NCBI GenBank assembly: GCA_963703315.1
Contig: OY969811.1
Span: forward strand, 2,400,001-2,464,000
DNA: 64,000 nucleotides
Source: an uncultured cyanobacterium
GTDB taxonomy: Bacteria; Cyanobacteriota; Cyanobacteriia; Pseudanabaenales; Pseudanabaenaceae
Direction of reading: 5' to 3'
The position numbers and the translations under genes are program-made. This document shows, piece by piece, positions 10,614-21,501 of the stretch. Under the pieces are notes generated by a model. That model ran no database searches. It had not been told where the DNA came from and was given only the letters and a program-made list of their open reading frames with translations. The stretch's first letter is position 1. Every line of letters starts with the position of its first letter.

Positions 10614-10853
10614 TTAGCTGTAATCGTAAGAGAGAAATCCATGATCTACCTTGTCGCGGATGAGTTGACGCATAAGTGTCATTTCTTCTATCGAAACTTT
10701 GCCATCATCATGAATGGTATGTTCAATTCGCTCCATTTCATATTTAGAAATTTTGCCATCAGCGATCGCTTGATCGATCATGTTGCGGAGTTGCTCTAAC
10801 TTTTGCAACTCATTAGGTGTTAGTTCTTTATGGTTGGGACGCTCAATTAACAT
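10614..10853 (-). CDS. Small hypothetical protein with two EF-hand-like DGxIS/VSxxE motifs
   Basis: IADGKISKYE and HDDGKVSIEE repeats. Confidence 0.65.
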   Translation of the reverse strand: MLIERPNHKELTPNELQKLEQLRNMIDQAIADGKISKYEMERIEHTIHDDGKVSIEEMTLMRQLIRDKVDHGFLSYDYS

Positions 10854-10929
10854 TTGCGTAAGTCCAAACTCAACTATTTCTATGATATCGCGTTTTCTAG
10901 ATAAGGGCGGCGCGAAGCGCCGCCCTTAT

Positions 10930-11574
10930 CTATAGTGAATTTTTACGAGCTTCTTTCAGTTGATCGTCAATGCGACGCAAAACACCATTGATAAATCTAT
11001 ATCCGTCTTCACTGCTATAGCGTTTTGCTAATTCGACTGCTTCATCGATCGCCACTTTACTCGCCACATTCATAAACATCATTTCCGCAGTTGCAATTCG
11101 CAAAATATCCTTGTCCACTTGAGCAAGGCGATCAATTTGCCAGTTCACCAAAGCGCTACTAATAGTTTCATCAATTTGCGATCGCTTAGTATTGACAGTT
11201 TTGAGAATATCAATCGTATAGTTACGCACTTCGGTACGTTGAGACAGGACGAGCGTGATCGGAAATTCTAGGGCTGCGCCAATATTATTAATCGCATTTT
11301 TGGTGAGTTCGATCGCTTCGCGTACCATGCCCTCAACAGCTTGGATGTCTTGGCGAACATCACCAGTACGAGTTTCGCTAGCAGATACACGCTCTTGACC
11401 ACGTTGTAACTCAGCACTAGCGGTTTGTAATAATTCTTTGGTTTCATCCTGTAGCGATCGCACTACAGCAGTAACGATGTCATCTAAGGTTTTGGACTCT
11501 AGCTTTTGAGGCTGGCTAGGTAATTGGTTAATACTAAAAAGTGCGAGTTCGCGGGCGATGTGGCGGGGTTGCAT
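10930..11574 (-). CDS. nusB: Transcription antitermination factor NusB (cyanobacterial long form)
   Basis: MQPRHIARELAL; WQIDRLAQVDKDILRIA; AIDEAVELAKRYS; FINGVL. Confidence 0.95.
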   Translation of the reverse strand: MQPRHIARELALFSINQLPSQPQKLESKTLDDIVTAVVRSLQDETKELLQTASAELQRGQERVSASETRTGDVRQDIQAVEGMVREAIELTKNAINNIGAALEFPITLVLSQRTEVRNYTIDILKTVNTKRSQIDETISSALVNWQIDRLAQVDKDILRIATAEMMFMNVASKVAIDEAVELAKRYSSEDGYRFINGVLRRIDDQLKEARKNSL

Positions 11575-11691
11575 AGGAAGAGATAAAATTAAGCCAATTG
11601 CACATCGTATCATTTTCTAGGCGTTTATTTTGAGCGGTGTGGCAAGTCCATCTCTCAAAGACAACTCATTTAGCGAAATTTTAAAGAAAAA

Positions 11692-12021
11692 ATGACTCAG
11701 ACCTTTACAGCTACACTTCATCATCAAGGACAAACCTTTACCGTGTCCGTACCCGAAAATCAATCAATCCTCGATGCGGCGATCGAGCAAGGGCTAGATT
11801 TGCCATGCTCATGTTATGCAGGGGTATGTACGACTTGCGCTGCCCAAATTGTTAAGGGACAGGTCGATCAAAGTCAGGGTATGGGTATTGGCGGCATGGG
11901 TGAAGAGCTAGATGCCAAAGGTTATATTCTCCTATGTGTGTCGCATCCTACGTCTGATGTCGAAATCTACACTGACAAGGAGCAAGACGTATACGCGATT
12001 CGCTTTGGGCATAGTTCTTAA
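11692..12021 (+). CDS. Plant-type 2Fe-2S ferredoxin
   Basis: LPCSCYAGVCTTC...LLCVSHP. Confidence 0.92.
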   Translation: MTQTFTATLHHQGQTFTVSVPENQSILDAAIEQGLDLPCSCYAGVCTTCAAQIVKGQVDQSQGMGIGGMGEELDAKGYILLCVSHPTSDVEIYTDKEQDVYAIRFGHSS

Positions 12022-12096
12022 CTTCAAAGAATAAGCTTTAATTAGTGGTGTGCGGCTTTGCCGCACACCACTAATTAAAGCTAGATGGTATAAGCT

Positions 12097-13728
12097 ATGA
12101 CAGCGATCGCTATTGATTTTGGTAGTAGCAATACGGTGATTGCGCGATGGAATATTGCTACCGATCAGCCTGAAACTTTAAATTTTGAACATCTGAATCG
12201 CCCCGCACCTTTAGATAGTCTTGTGCCTTCCTTGGTATATATCCAAGATGCTCAAGCAGAAATTGTCGAAATTGGTCAGCTTGTGATCAATCAGGGAAAA
12301 GATCGCCATCAGTCAAGATCTTTTAATCAAATCAAACGGCGATTAGTGGCAGATGTAAATTACATTCCTAAAATTGATGGTGTAAAAATTACTCCTGAAT
12401 GGCTAGGCAAACAGTTCTTACGAGAACTATCACAGCAATTGCGATCGCAACAGATTTTTCCATCGGTCATCATTGTGACGGCTCCAGTCCAAGCCTATGA
12501 AAAATATTTACGTTGGCTCGAAGCTTCTAGTGCGGAGATATTCACCGCCGATTTACCAACCTTACAAACACCGCAAATTCGGATTATCGATGAACCCACT
12601 GCTGCTGCCTTAGGCTATGGAGCCATCCATCCCAGTGATTTAGTACTAGTAATTGATTTTGGAGGCGGTACATTAGATTTATCACTGGTGCGGTTACCTA
12701 AAAGCGAGAGTATCAGCAAATGGGGAGACCAGATTGGTGTCAATCGCAGTGAATGGACAGAATATAAGGCTGAGGCGATCGCTAAGACGGGATATACAAT
12801 TGGCGGTGAAGATATTGACCAGTGGTTAGTCCAAGATTATCTCGAAAATTATGCTGAGAGTCCTCATCGCGACTCAGGAAATAATGTCAGCATTCTCAAG
12901 TTTTTAATGGAACGCATCAAGGTCAAACTTTCAGAAGTGGAAACGGTATCGGAAATCTTTTTTGATATGGCTACGCAATCCGCAACGGAAATTAGCTATA
13001 CCCGTCAACAATTAGAACAGTTACTAGATCGTAAGGGATTTTATCGAGTTCTCCAAGCAGCGATCGATGAATTAGTTAATCGCTCTTTTAGTAAAGGAAT
13101 TCTCAAAGGTGACATTAAGCATATTCTTTTAGTCGGTGGCTGTACGCTGATTCCCTCAGTACGTTCCTTTGTGGAAAATTATTTCAAGATGGGGAAAGTA
13201 TATAGTCACAAACCCTTTGAGGCGATCGCGCATGGGGCGTTGATGCTGAGTCAGGGAGTTAGTGTTCAGGACTATTTATTTCATGCCTATGCCATTCGTT
13301 ATTGGGATCGCACGACCGAACAATGGAAATATCAACCCTTATTTCGGCGTGGTCAAGTCTATCCAACCCGCCGCCCTGTAGAGCTATTACTCAGAGCCAC
13401 TCAGCCAAATCAGCCTGAAATTGCACTGACCATTGGCGAACTCGAAAGTCGCCCTACAGGTGCAGCCGAAGTTAGTTTTGTTGGAGATCGCCTGATCATG
13501 AATTTTGCTCAAAAAGCCAAAGAAACCTTTCAGCCATTACAAATGGATAGTAAAGGTGAAGGTGTTCCACAGGCGATCGCCTTACTTAATCCTCTAGGTC
13601 AACCCGACTGCGATCGACTCAAAGTGTTATTTAACATCAGTGCTAACCGAGAGCTATTAATCACGGTGATTGATTTGCTTACAGAGCGCCAATTGTTGAC
13701 CGATTATCCTGTGGCGAAATTGCATTAA
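12097..13728 (+). CDS. Hsp70/DnaK-like ATPase family protein (non-canonical)
   Basis: AIDFGSSNT, IIDEPTAAALGY, VIDFGGGTLD, GGEDID and LLVGG motifs. Confidence 0.88.
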   Translation: MTAIAIDFGSSNTVIARWNIATDQPETLNFEHLNRPAPLDSLVPSLVYIQDAQAEIVEIGQLVINQGKDRHQSRSFNQIKRRLVADVNYIPKIDGVKITPEWLGKQFLRELSQQLRSQQIFPSVIIVTAPVQAYEKYLRWLEASSAEIFTADLPTLQTPQIRIIDEPTAAALGYGAIHPSDLVLVIDFGGGTLDLSLVRLPKSESISKWGDQIGVNRSEWTEYKAEAIAKTGYTIGGEDIDQWLVQDYLENYAESPHRDSGNNVSILKFLMERIKVKLSEVETVSEIFFDMATQSATEISYTRQQLEQLLDRKGFYRVLQAAIDELVNRSFSKGILKGDIKHILLVGGCTLIPSVRSFVENYFKMGKVYSHKPFEAIAHGALMLSQGVSVQDYLFHAYAIRYWDRTTEQWKYQPLFRRGQVYPTRRPVELLLRATQPNQPEIALTIGELESRPTGAAEVSFVGDRLIMNFAQKAKETFQPLQMDSKGEGVPQAIALLNPLGQPDCDRLKVLFNISANRELLITVIDLLTERQLLTDYPVAKLH

Positions 13729-13759
13729 AAGAAGATGGCTGCACCACAGGCATCTTCTT

Positions 13760-14788
13760 TTAATAACGAATCCTCGGATCAATCCATGCATTGATGATGT
13801 CCACGAAAATACTAACAATGGTGACAATAATCGCAAAAAATACCACAATCCCCTGCACCACTGGATAGTCCCGTCCAATAATTGCTTCAAATAATCGGTT
13901 GGCGAGTCCCGGCCAAGAGAAAGTAACTTCCGTTAATACGGCTCCCCCTAACATCGAAGCTAGGGTCAAGCCTAAAATCGTAATTACGGGAATCATGGCA
14001 TTTTTGAGGGCATGATTAAACAAAATTGCTCTCGGCGTAATTCCTCTTGCCTTAGCCGCTTCCACATAATCCGATTGCAAAGTTTGTCGCAAATTGACGC
14101 GCACAATTCGCTCAAAAATACCACTAATAACAATCCCTAAACTCATCGCTGGAAGAAATAGATATTGAATACTTGTCCAGAGACTCGTCCAATCACCTTT
14201 GACCAAAGAATCGATCGTATATAGCCCAAATACCCGTACTGGCGGTTCCATACTAGCGGGAAACCTCGTGCCAATGGGTAGCCATCCTAACTGTACCGAA
14301 AATACTAATTGCAACAGCATCCCTACCCAAAACAATGGTAATGAATAGGTAATAATTCCAAATAATCTACCTCCCACATCCCATTTAGAATTTGGGCGCA
14401 ACGCAGCAATGATCCCCACCGTTAAGCCAACAATTAGAGCAATGATCAAGGCATAAAGTGCTAACTCGGCTGTGGCGGGGAAAAAGTTTTTAATAATTTG
14501 CCAAACGGTTTGCTCACGAGTACTGATTGACTTGCCAAGATTAAATCGCAGCAAATCTTGAATATATTTACCATATTGCACCAGTAGAGAACCTGTCAGT
14601 CCCACTTGCTCACGTAATGCGACTTTGACCTCTTCAGGAGCGCGAGGTCCTAAAATGGCATCGATCGGATCACCGGGGGTAGCTCGCATTAACAGAAATA
14701 CGACTGAGGCGATCGCCCATAGCATAACTGGGGCAAGTAGTAATCGGGCTGTAATGTAATAGAACAGCGCTTTGAGGCGACTAGACAT
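13760..14788 (-). CDS. Peptide/nickel ABC transporter permease (DppB-like)
   Basis: TPGDP, DYVEAAKARG EAA loop, TEVTFSWPGL, RDYPVVQG and DPRIRY motifs. Confidence 0.92.
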   Translation of the reverse strand: MSSRLKALFYYITARLLLAPVMLWAIASVVFLLMRATPGDPIDAILGPRAPEEVKVALREQVGLTGSLLVQYGKYIQDLLRFNLGKSISTREQTVWQIIKNFFPATAELALYALIIALIVGLTVGIIAALRPNSKWDVGGRLFGIITYSLPLFWVGMLLQLVFSVQLGWLPIGTRFPASMEPPVRVFGLYTIDSLVKGDWTSLWTSIQYLFLPAMSLGIVISGIFERIVRVNLRQTLQSDYVEAAKARGITPRAILFNHALKNAMIPVITILGLTLASMLGGAVLTEVTFSWPGLANRLFEAIIGRDYPVVQGIVVFFAIIVTIVSIFVDIINAWIDPRIRY

Positions 14789-14888
14789 AGACAGGTTTAC
14801 TAGGTACTGGACTAGGCAAATTTCTTAACTATAACGCTTTGCGTTCAATCTAAGCATGAATTGCGGCGCGAAGCGCCGCAATTCATGC

Positions 14889-15983
14889 TTACAGAAGTGG
14901 CTCAATTTCTCCAACATAGGTTCCTAATCCGATCGCTGTACGGATTAATGTGCCATGTACATCAACGGCGCTATATTTGGCGATCGCCTCACTAATTGGT
15001 ACATCAATTACTTCACGGTTGACCCATGCCACCATGCGATCGTATTTCTCCTGAGCTACTAAATCTAGGGCGGCGACTCCAAAAGCAGCACCCAAAATCC
15101 GATCCAATGGGGATGGCGTACTCCCCCTCTGCACATGACCCAAAATCGTAACGCGGCTTTCCATACCTGTGCGTGTACTAATTTGATCACCGAGATATTG
15201 ACCAATACCTCCATAAAGACTTTGACCGAGACTATTGGTATATTTGACTGGCTCCCCCGTTGGCGTTTTCACAGCTTCTGCCACAACCATCGTACTGAAA
15301 GGGAAGCCCCGCAATGCTCGATTCATCAAGCGATCGCATACTTCATCAAGACTATAGGGAATCTCTGGAATCAATACAACATGAGCGCCTCCTGCAATTC
15401 CTGCGCTCACCGCAATATGCCCTGCATCACGTCCCATTACTTCCAAAATCATCACACGACTGTGACTAATGGCAGTATAGGTCAGGCGATCGAGAGCTTC
15501 CACCGCCACACTCACCGCCGTATTAAATCCAATTGAGTTTTCTGTCGTTCCCAAATCATTATCAATAGTTTTGGGAACTGCCACTAAATTCATATTTCCC
15601 TGCTGAGCCAGACGGCGTAAAATCGCCAAACTACCATCACCACCAATCCCAATCAAGGCATCCAAACCGAGCTTGTGATAGCCTTCGATTACCTCTTCAG
15701 AGCGATCAGCGATCGCACCATCAGCCATTGGATAGGCAAAGGGATTACCTTTATTGACTGTTCCCAAAATTGTGCCGCCATAACGGAGAATTCCTGAAAC
15801 TCGTTTAATATCTAATAGTTCTGCTTCCACTGGACGATTCATCAGTCCTTGAGTTGCGCCTTTAATTCCATAAATTTCCATATCATAGTCACGAGCGCGG
15901 CGCACCACTGCTCGAATGACGGCATTCAAACCACCACAGTCTCCACCACTTGTCAAAATACCAATGCGCTTAGTCTTAGTCAT
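14889..15983 (-). CDS. pfkA: 6-phosphofructokinase
   Basis: TSGGDCGGLNAVIR, IGGDGS, PKTIDND, EVMGRDAG and LGHVQRG motifs. Confidence 0.96.
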   Translation of the reverse strand: MTKTKRIGILTSGGDCGGLNAVIRAVVRRARDYDMEIYGIKGATQGLMNRPVEAELLDIKRVSGILRYGGTILGTVNKGNPFAYPMADGAIADRSEEVIEGYHKLGLDALIGIGGDGSLAILRRLAQQGNMNLVAVPKTIDNDLGTTENSIGFNTAVSVAVEALDRLTYTAISHSRVMILEVMGRDAGHIAVSAGIAGGAHVVLIPEIPYSLDEVCDRLMNRALRGFPFSTMVVAEAVKTPTGEPVKYTNSLGQSLYGGIGQYLGDQISTRTGMESRVTILGHVQRGSTPSPLDRILGAAFGVAALDLVAQEKYDRMVAWVNREVIDVPISEAIAKYSAVDVHGTLIRTAIGLGTYVGEIEPLL

Positions 15984-16065
15984 AAATCTGATTCTAGATG
16001 CCTTGTTTTACAACACTTTGTTTGCGCTCAAACTTAAACCAAGAAAAATTTTAAAAGCTTTGCTT

Positions 16066-16186
16066 TAAGTAGGTTGTTGGAATTAAATGTAGGATGGGTT
16101 AGCGACAGCGTAACCCATCGTCTTTACCCAGTTGATGCGTTACGTTACACTAACGCATCCTACAAATAATCAACCCTTCCTACTTA
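16066..16186. repeat. GTAG-REP doublet element (TAAGTAGG...CCTACTTA) nested inside a family-D palindrome (~16011-16235)
   Basis: Copy of 6130-6231; flanked by the split arms CAAGAAAAATTTTAAAAGCT / AGCTTTTGAAATTTTTCTTG. Confidence 0.8.
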
Positions 16187-16418
16187 CAGAGCTTTTGAAA
16201 TTTTTCTTGTATTTGTTCTGCTCGAAAATTTCTTTAATTATGTCGCCGAATCTGACTAGTGTTTGTAACAATTATGCAAGGTGCGACCATTTAGACATCT
16301 GAAACCCCAAAAAGAGGGGCGGCGCTTTGCGCCGCCCCTCTTTTTGGGGTTTCAGAAAGTTACTGCTGAAAGATATTAGAATAGGACAGCAATCTTTTCG
16401 GCTTGGTTAAACACTTTC

Positions 16419-17771
16419 ATGACTGCTCAGAAATATCACATCGTCACCTTCGGCTGCCAAATGAATAAAGCTGACTCCGAACGCATGGCAGGCGTTTTGG
16501 AAGATATGGGCTATCAGTCAACTGAGGAAAGCGAAGAAGCCGACCTGATCTTGTATAACACTTGCAGCATTCGCGACAATGCTGAGCAGAAAGTTTATTC
16601 GTACTTAGGCAGACAAGCCAAACGCAAACGGGAAAATCCTAATTTAACTCTAGTGGTCGCTGGTTGCGTTGCTCAACAGGAGGGTGAAGCATTGCTCAGG
16701 CGGGTTCCTGAACTCGATCTCGTGATGGGACCTCAGCACGTTAACCGTCTTGGCGATCTATTGGGGCAAGTTTTTAATGGTAATCAAGTTGCGGCAACCG
16801 AAGAAGCCTACATCGAAGAAGACATCACCACACCACGCCGTAATAGCTCAGTGTCAGCATGGGTCAACGTGATTTATGGCTGTAACGAAAATTGCACCTA
16901 TTGCATTGTCCCCGCAGTGCGTGGGCGTGAACAATCTCGCACGCCTGAAGTGATCCGTAAGGAAATCGAAAATCTAGCGGCTCAGGGTTACAAAGAAATT
17001 ACCTTGCTTGGTCAAAATATCGATGCCTATGGGCGCGACCTACCCGCAGGTGGCATTGGCGCTGGTGTCGGTGGCAAGATTACCTTCACGGATTTACTAT
17101 ATTACGTCCATGATGTTGAAGGTATCGATCGCATTAGATATGCCACCAGTCACCCTCGCTATTTCAGTCCCAGACTGATCAAAGCCTGTTACGAGTTACC
17201 AAAGGTTTGCGAACATTTCCATATTCCTTTCCAGTCAGGCGATAACGATATCCTCAAAGCGATGGCGCGGGGCTATACCCATGAGCGCTACCGCCGCATT
17301 ATTGATGACATTCGGGCGATCATGCCTGATGCCGCGATTACTGCTGATGCGATCGTCGCTTTTCCGGGGGAAACTGAGGAGCAGTTTGAGCGCACAGTGC
17401 AGTTGGTGAATGATATTGGCTTTGATCTGGTCAATACTGCCGCCTATTCGCCTCGTCCAGGGACACCTGCGGCGGTTTGGGAAAATCAATTAAGTGAGGA
17501 GATTAAAAGCGATCGCCTCCAACGCTTAAACCATGTGGTTAATCAAAATGCGGCTGAGCGCTCTAACCGTTATGCAGGGCGCATTGAAGAAATCATGATC
17601 GAAGGCACTAACCATAAAAATCCTGATCAAATCATGGGGCGCACCCGCACCAATCGCATCGCTTTTACCACAAATACTACAGGCAAGTCATTATCTGAGC
17701 TAATTGGTCAAACTTTTTCGATAAAAATTACTGAAGTAAGACCTTTTAGTTTGACTGGTGTAATTTGCTAA
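16419..17771 (+). CDS. miaB: tRNA-2-methylthio-N6-dimethylallyladenosine synthase
   Basis: [18 protein letters not shown], CxxxCxxC radical-SAM motif, TSHP and TRAM C-terminus. Confidence 0.97.
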   Translation: MTAQKYHIVTFGCQMNKADSERMAGVLEDMGYQSTEESEEADLILYNTCSIRDNAEQKVYSYLGRQAKRKRENPNLTLVVAGCVAQQEGEALLRRVPELDLVMGPQHVNRLGDLLGQVFNGNQVAATEEAYIEEDITTPRRNSSVSAWVNVIYGCNENCTYCIVPAVRGREQSRTPEVIRKEIENLAAQGYKEITLLGQNIDAYGRDLPAGGIGAGVGGKITFTDLLYYVHDVEGIDRIRYATSHPRYFSPRLIKACYELPKVCEHFHIPFQSGDNDILKAMARGYTHERYRRIIDDIRAIMPDAAITADAIVAFPGETEEQFERTVQLVNDIGFDLVNTAAYSPRPGTPAAVWENQLSEEIKSDRLQRLNHVVNQNAAERSNRYAGRIEEIMIEGTNHKNPDQIMGRTRTNRIAFTTNTTGKSLSELIGQTFSIKITEVRPFSLTGVIC

Positions 17772-17858
17772 AGCTGTGTTAGACTAGTCAAGCGCGTAAA
17801 AAACGGTTGTGCGAAACATAACAAAACTTTACGCTAGCTAGTTAAAGACTAGTTCAAT

Positions 17859-17930
17859 GGGTCACTAACTCAATGGTAGAGTACTCGGCTTTTAACCGAT
17901 TTGCTCCGGGTTCAAATCCCGGGTGACCCA
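17859..17930 (+). tRNA. trnK: tRNA-Lys(UUU)
   Basis: GGGTCAC/GTGACCC acceptor stem, anticodon loop CTTTTAA, T-loop TTCAAAT. Confidence 0.95.
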
Positions 17931-18116
17931 TAAAATAGCTCAAATACATCAAAAAAGCTAGCACTAAGTGCTAGCTTTTTTGAAAGTGTTGCAAAGCAAC
18001 ACTTTCAAAAAATGTCTTGGTCGGGGTTGAGCGCAAAACAATGTAAAGATATCCGCAACACTTCGCGCTGCCGCTAGTTTTGATATTATACGTCTGGTAT
18101 TAATGTGGTGTAGCTC

Positions 18117-19286
18117 ATGCATATTGCATGGTTAGGTAAGAGATCCCCTGCTTGTGGCAACGTGACCTATAGTCGCGAAATTACGAATGCATTACTCGAT
18201 CGCGGACATCGTGTGAGCTTTATGCATTTTGCGCCTGAGTCAGATAGTGATCACCCCGATCATGAGGAATTGGAAGAACATTCTCAAGAAGCGCAGGATG
18301 TGGCTCTACCATTTCTGTATAAATCCACTATTTATACGGTTCCATCTCTACGAGCCAATAAAATTTTGGTCGATTCTTTGCGATCGCTCAAGCCAGATCT
18401 AGTTCATGCCTCCCTTGCCATATCGCCCCTTGATTTCCGTTTACCAGAAATTTGTGCCGAGCTAGATTTGCCCCTTGTTGCTACCTTTCACCAGCCTTTT
18501 GACGTTAAACGGCGTAATCTTGCCTCTAGCACCCAGCAACTTACTTATCAGATTTATGCGCCATCTCTAGCTGATTACAACCAAGTTATTATCTTTTCCA
18601 ATATTCAAAAGGAACTGCTCAATAAGTTAGGTGTTCCCAATACTCGAATTGCAATTATTCCCAATGGTGTCGATAGCGATCGCTATTCCCCCGGTTATTC
18701 AAACATTAAGGAAGAACTCAAGGCTGATGTGCTATTTCTCTATCAAGGACGACTAGCTGCCGAGAAAAATGTTGAGGCTCTACTCAAGGCATGGCGCAAA
18801 TGTCGGATGCCAGAGCGTTGCAAATTAGCGATCGTGGGAACGGGACCACTCTTAGCAGGTTTAAAAACTTTTTATGGTAATGACCCCACCATTGTGTGGA
18901 TGGGGTATATTGCCGATGAACAGCGCCGTATTGAGATTTTGCGCGGTACAGATGTGTTTATCTTGCCTTCGCTAGTGGAAGGTTTATCTTTATCTTTGTT
19001 AGAAGCGATGTCCTGTGGTGTTGCTTGTATTGCCACTGATGTCGGTGCAGATGGTGAGGTGATTGAAAATGGCGCAGGGATCGTTCTCGATTCCCATAAG
19101 GTAACGTCTCAACTTTCTACACTTTTGCCGCTATTTGTCGATCATCCTGAACTCGCCAAAATCATCGGCATCAAGGCAAGACAGAGAGTTTTAGATCGCT
19201 ATACGCTAGTTAAAAATATTGATCAATTAGAAGCACTCTACGAGCAAACCATGAGTCAGCAATGGGTTCGCGTCAGTGCATTCTAA
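18117..19286 (+). CDS. dgdA: GT4 glycosyltransferase, probable digalactosyldiacylglycerol synthase
   Basis: MHIAWLGKRSPxCGNVTY N-terminus recalled from cyanobacterial DgdA; GRLAAEKN and EGLSLSLLEAM GT4 motifs. Confidence 0.7.
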   Translation: MHIAWLGKRSPACGNVTYSREITNALLDRGHRVSFMHFAPESDSDHPDHEELEEHSQEAQDVALPFLYKSTIYTVPSLRANKILVDSLRSLKPDLVHASLAISPLDFRLPEICAELDLPLVATFHQPFDVKRRNLASSTQQLTYQIYAPSLADYNQVIIFSNIQKELLNKLGVPNTRIAIIPNGVDSDRYSPGYSNIKEELKADVLFLYQGRLAAEKNVEALLKAWRKCRMPERCKLAIVGTGPLLAGLKTFYGNDPTIVWMGYIADEQRRIEILRGTDVFILPSLVEGLSLSLLEAMSCGVACIATDVGADGEVIENGAGIVLDSHKVTSQLSTLLPLFVDHPELAKIIGIKARQRVLDRYTLVKNIDQLEALYEQTMSQQWVRVSAF

Positions 19287-19358
19287 AAAAGGGAGGGAGC
19301 GCAGAGCGCTCCCTCCCTTTTTTATAAAAAGAATGCGGCGCTCTGCATCGCATTCTTT

Positions 19359-19928
19359 TTATTTCAGGTCTGGAGGAAGTAGTACGGTATCGATAACGTG
19401 AATGACACCATTGCTAGCTTTTACATCGGCGGCAGCAACTTTAGAGTTGTTGATCGTGACGCTATTACCTTTTTTGGTAACTGTAATCGAACCACCTTCG
19501 ACAGTCTTAACTGGGGCAGAACCAGTTTTAATGTCTTTAGCCAAAACTGCACTTGGCACAACATGGTAGGTCAAAATTTTCACTAAAACAGCTTTATTTT
19601 CTGGCTTTAGGAGCTTTTCTACAGTTCCTTTAGGCAACTTGGCGAATGCAGCATCAGTTGGGGCAAATACGGTGAAGGGGCCTTTACCAGAAAGGGTATC
19701 TACGAGTCCCGCAGCCTTAACAGCAGCAACTAAGGTTTTGAAAGATCCATTAGCAACAGCGACTTCAACAATATTTGACTTTTGGCTAGTGCTAACTTTA
19801 GTTGGTTTTGTGGAAGTAGAAGGGTAAGACTCACCAGCTAAAACTGGAAGACTGACGAGAAGACTTGCCACAGCGATCGCCACACTGACAGTCTTAATTA
19901 AAAATTTGCTTGATGTGTTTGCTTTCAC
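19359..19928 (-). CDS. Secreted fasciclin (FAS1) domain protein
   Basis: Signal peptide; [17 protein letters not shown] and [11 protein letters not shown] motifs. Confidence 0.93.
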   Translation of the reverse strand: MKANTSSKFLIKTVSVAIAVASLLVSLPVLAGESYPSTSTKPTKVSTSQKSNIVEVAVANGSFKTLVAAVKAAGLVDTLSGKGPFTVFAPTDAAFAKLPKGTVEKLLKPENKAVLVKILTYHVVPSAVLAKDIKTGSAPVKTVEGGSITVTKKGNSVTINNSKVAAADVKASNGVIHVIDTVLLPPDLK

Positions 19929-20076
19929 GAGAGCATCCTTAAAGTTTTAATAAGTTTTGTTGCCTATACTTAATAATACGTTAGGGATCTGAGATTGTCG
20001 GTATTCTGCAATGCCAAAACCTCAAACAAGTTAGTAATACCAAGACTAAAAATGGCGTAGCTATTTTTAGTCTTGG

Positions 20077-20191
20077 TATAGCTATAGTCAGTTATGTTAG
20101 GACAAAACCAAAACCCAAAAGAGAAGTGCGGCGCTTTGCGCCGCACTTCTCTTTTGGGTTTTATGTCTTAACTTGCTTGGCTATGGCTATA
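20077..20191. repeat. MITE-like element, family C (TATAGC...GCTATA)
   Basis: Terminal inverted repeats and a central hairpin; inverted copy at 39203-39311. Confidence 0.8.
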
Positions 20192-20575
20192 TTACAGGGG
20201 TGGGATACGCGCAATGACACCACTTTTTAGAGGTTCAGGTCTTTCCTTCCAAGCCAGCATTCCATTGGAGCGATCGCCATATATTTCTGCACAAGCCAAG
20301 ATTGCTGATGCAGTGATGGGAATATTGGCGGCATCGCTGGGCAAATCACCAAAGAGGTATGAGTATTTACCTGCACAGGCAAACGTTACCACACAAGCAT
20401 GGCTACAGGCACTCATGCATGAGACTTCACGAATTTCAAACTGCGATCGCCTGTCCCAACTTTGGTGTAATTTAGCAAGGTGATCAAGCAGTATTTCACC
20501 ACCACTAACACCTACTTTTTTGCCATCTTGCCAAGTGCTAGCACAGGTAGTACAAACTAATAAACTATGGGTCAT
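20192..20575 (-). CDS. DUF1636-like metal-binding thioredoxin-fold protein
   Basis: VCTTC, CMSACSHAC, YLFGDL and IARIPP motifs. Confidence 0.8.
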   Translation of the reverse strand: MTHSLLVCTTCASTWQDGKKVGVSGGEILLDHLAKLHQSWDRRSQFEIREVSCMSACSHACVVTFACAGKYSYLFGDLPSDAANIPITASAILACAEIYGDRSNGMLAWKERPEPLKSGVIARIPPL

Positions 20576-20587
20576 CCTTATCTCAAT

Positions 20588-20869
20588 TTAATATTTGTCA
20601 CCACTAGGTGAAGAATTGTAGAGAGCATCAAGTCTGGAACGTGCATCATCGACATTAATTGATTTGATGACCATCAATGGCTCATCGATATATTTGCCGT
20701 CTTTATCCCACAATTCAGGATGGGCAAACTGGGGAGACACCCGACGATTGCGGTTAGTTTGATAGCTACGTGCATCATTTTGAGAAAGCGATATCATGCT
20801 ACGGATGAGATTGCTAATTGCAAAAATTGAGAGGATCGTAAAAGCGAGTATGTAAAGAATCTGTACCAT
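20588..20869 (-). CDS. DUF2973-like cyanobacterial protein
   Basis: N-terminal TM helix; HPEL, EPLMV and DARSRLDALY motifs. Confidence 0.8.
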   Translation of the reverse strand: MVQILYILAFTILSIFAISNLIRSMISLSQNDARSYQTNRNRRVSPQFAHPELWDKDGKYIDEPLMVIKSINVDDARSRLDALYNSSPSGDKY

Positions 20870-21070
20870 GTCTGCTTTCCTAAAAAATTTTATATAAACT
20901 AAACGGGTTATAAGGTGAATGAACTAAAGGGGTTGTGATTAGAAGTTTTGAAAATGTTGGAAGTTGACACTTGGATCAAGTCTTATCCACTAAATCTACA
21001 TTTTCAAATTTTTATAGTGAAATTTTTATAGTGATAGTGAAGGGAGAGCCTAAAATCTCAAATCAAAAAA

Positions 21071-21388
21071 TTAAGTTGTTTGATTACGATAGTAGCGCAT
21101 TCCCACAGCTTGACACTCTAAAAGTAGTTGGTGCCAAGGTCTCATTGTTGCCATATCTACGCCAACCTGATGTCCTGTCGCCTGAAACATAGAAATTGCT
21201 ACATTTACTTCTTTGAGAGCATTTTCAACTCGTGCTAGTAAACTTTGTTGATCTGCTTCCGTTAAGAAGCTTATTTGTTCCTTAGAGAGAAGTTTTTGAG
21301 AGCGATCAAACCAATATGTAAAGTCTTCTAGTAATGGCTCTAGGAGTTGTCTGAGCATTGCAGGATCAGGGCTGGAGGTATTACTCAT
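21071..21388 (-). CDS. DUF2605-like cyanobacterial protein
   Basis: LEPLLEDFTYWFDRS...PWHQLLLECQ. Confidence 0.8.
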   Translation of the reverse strand: MSNTSSPDPAMLRQLLEPLLEDFTYWFDRSQKLLSKEQISFLTEADQQSLLARVENALKEVNVAISMFQATGHQVGVDMATMRPWHQLLLECQAVGMRYYRNQTT

Positions 21389-21501
21389 GGGGCAGATCTT
21401 AAGCGACAATTTTAGCGCTAGGTATAGTTTGGTAAAAACAACATTTTTAATTAAGAGTGATTATAGCATTTTGTTACTTTTCTTAACATTAAACAAATCT
21501 T

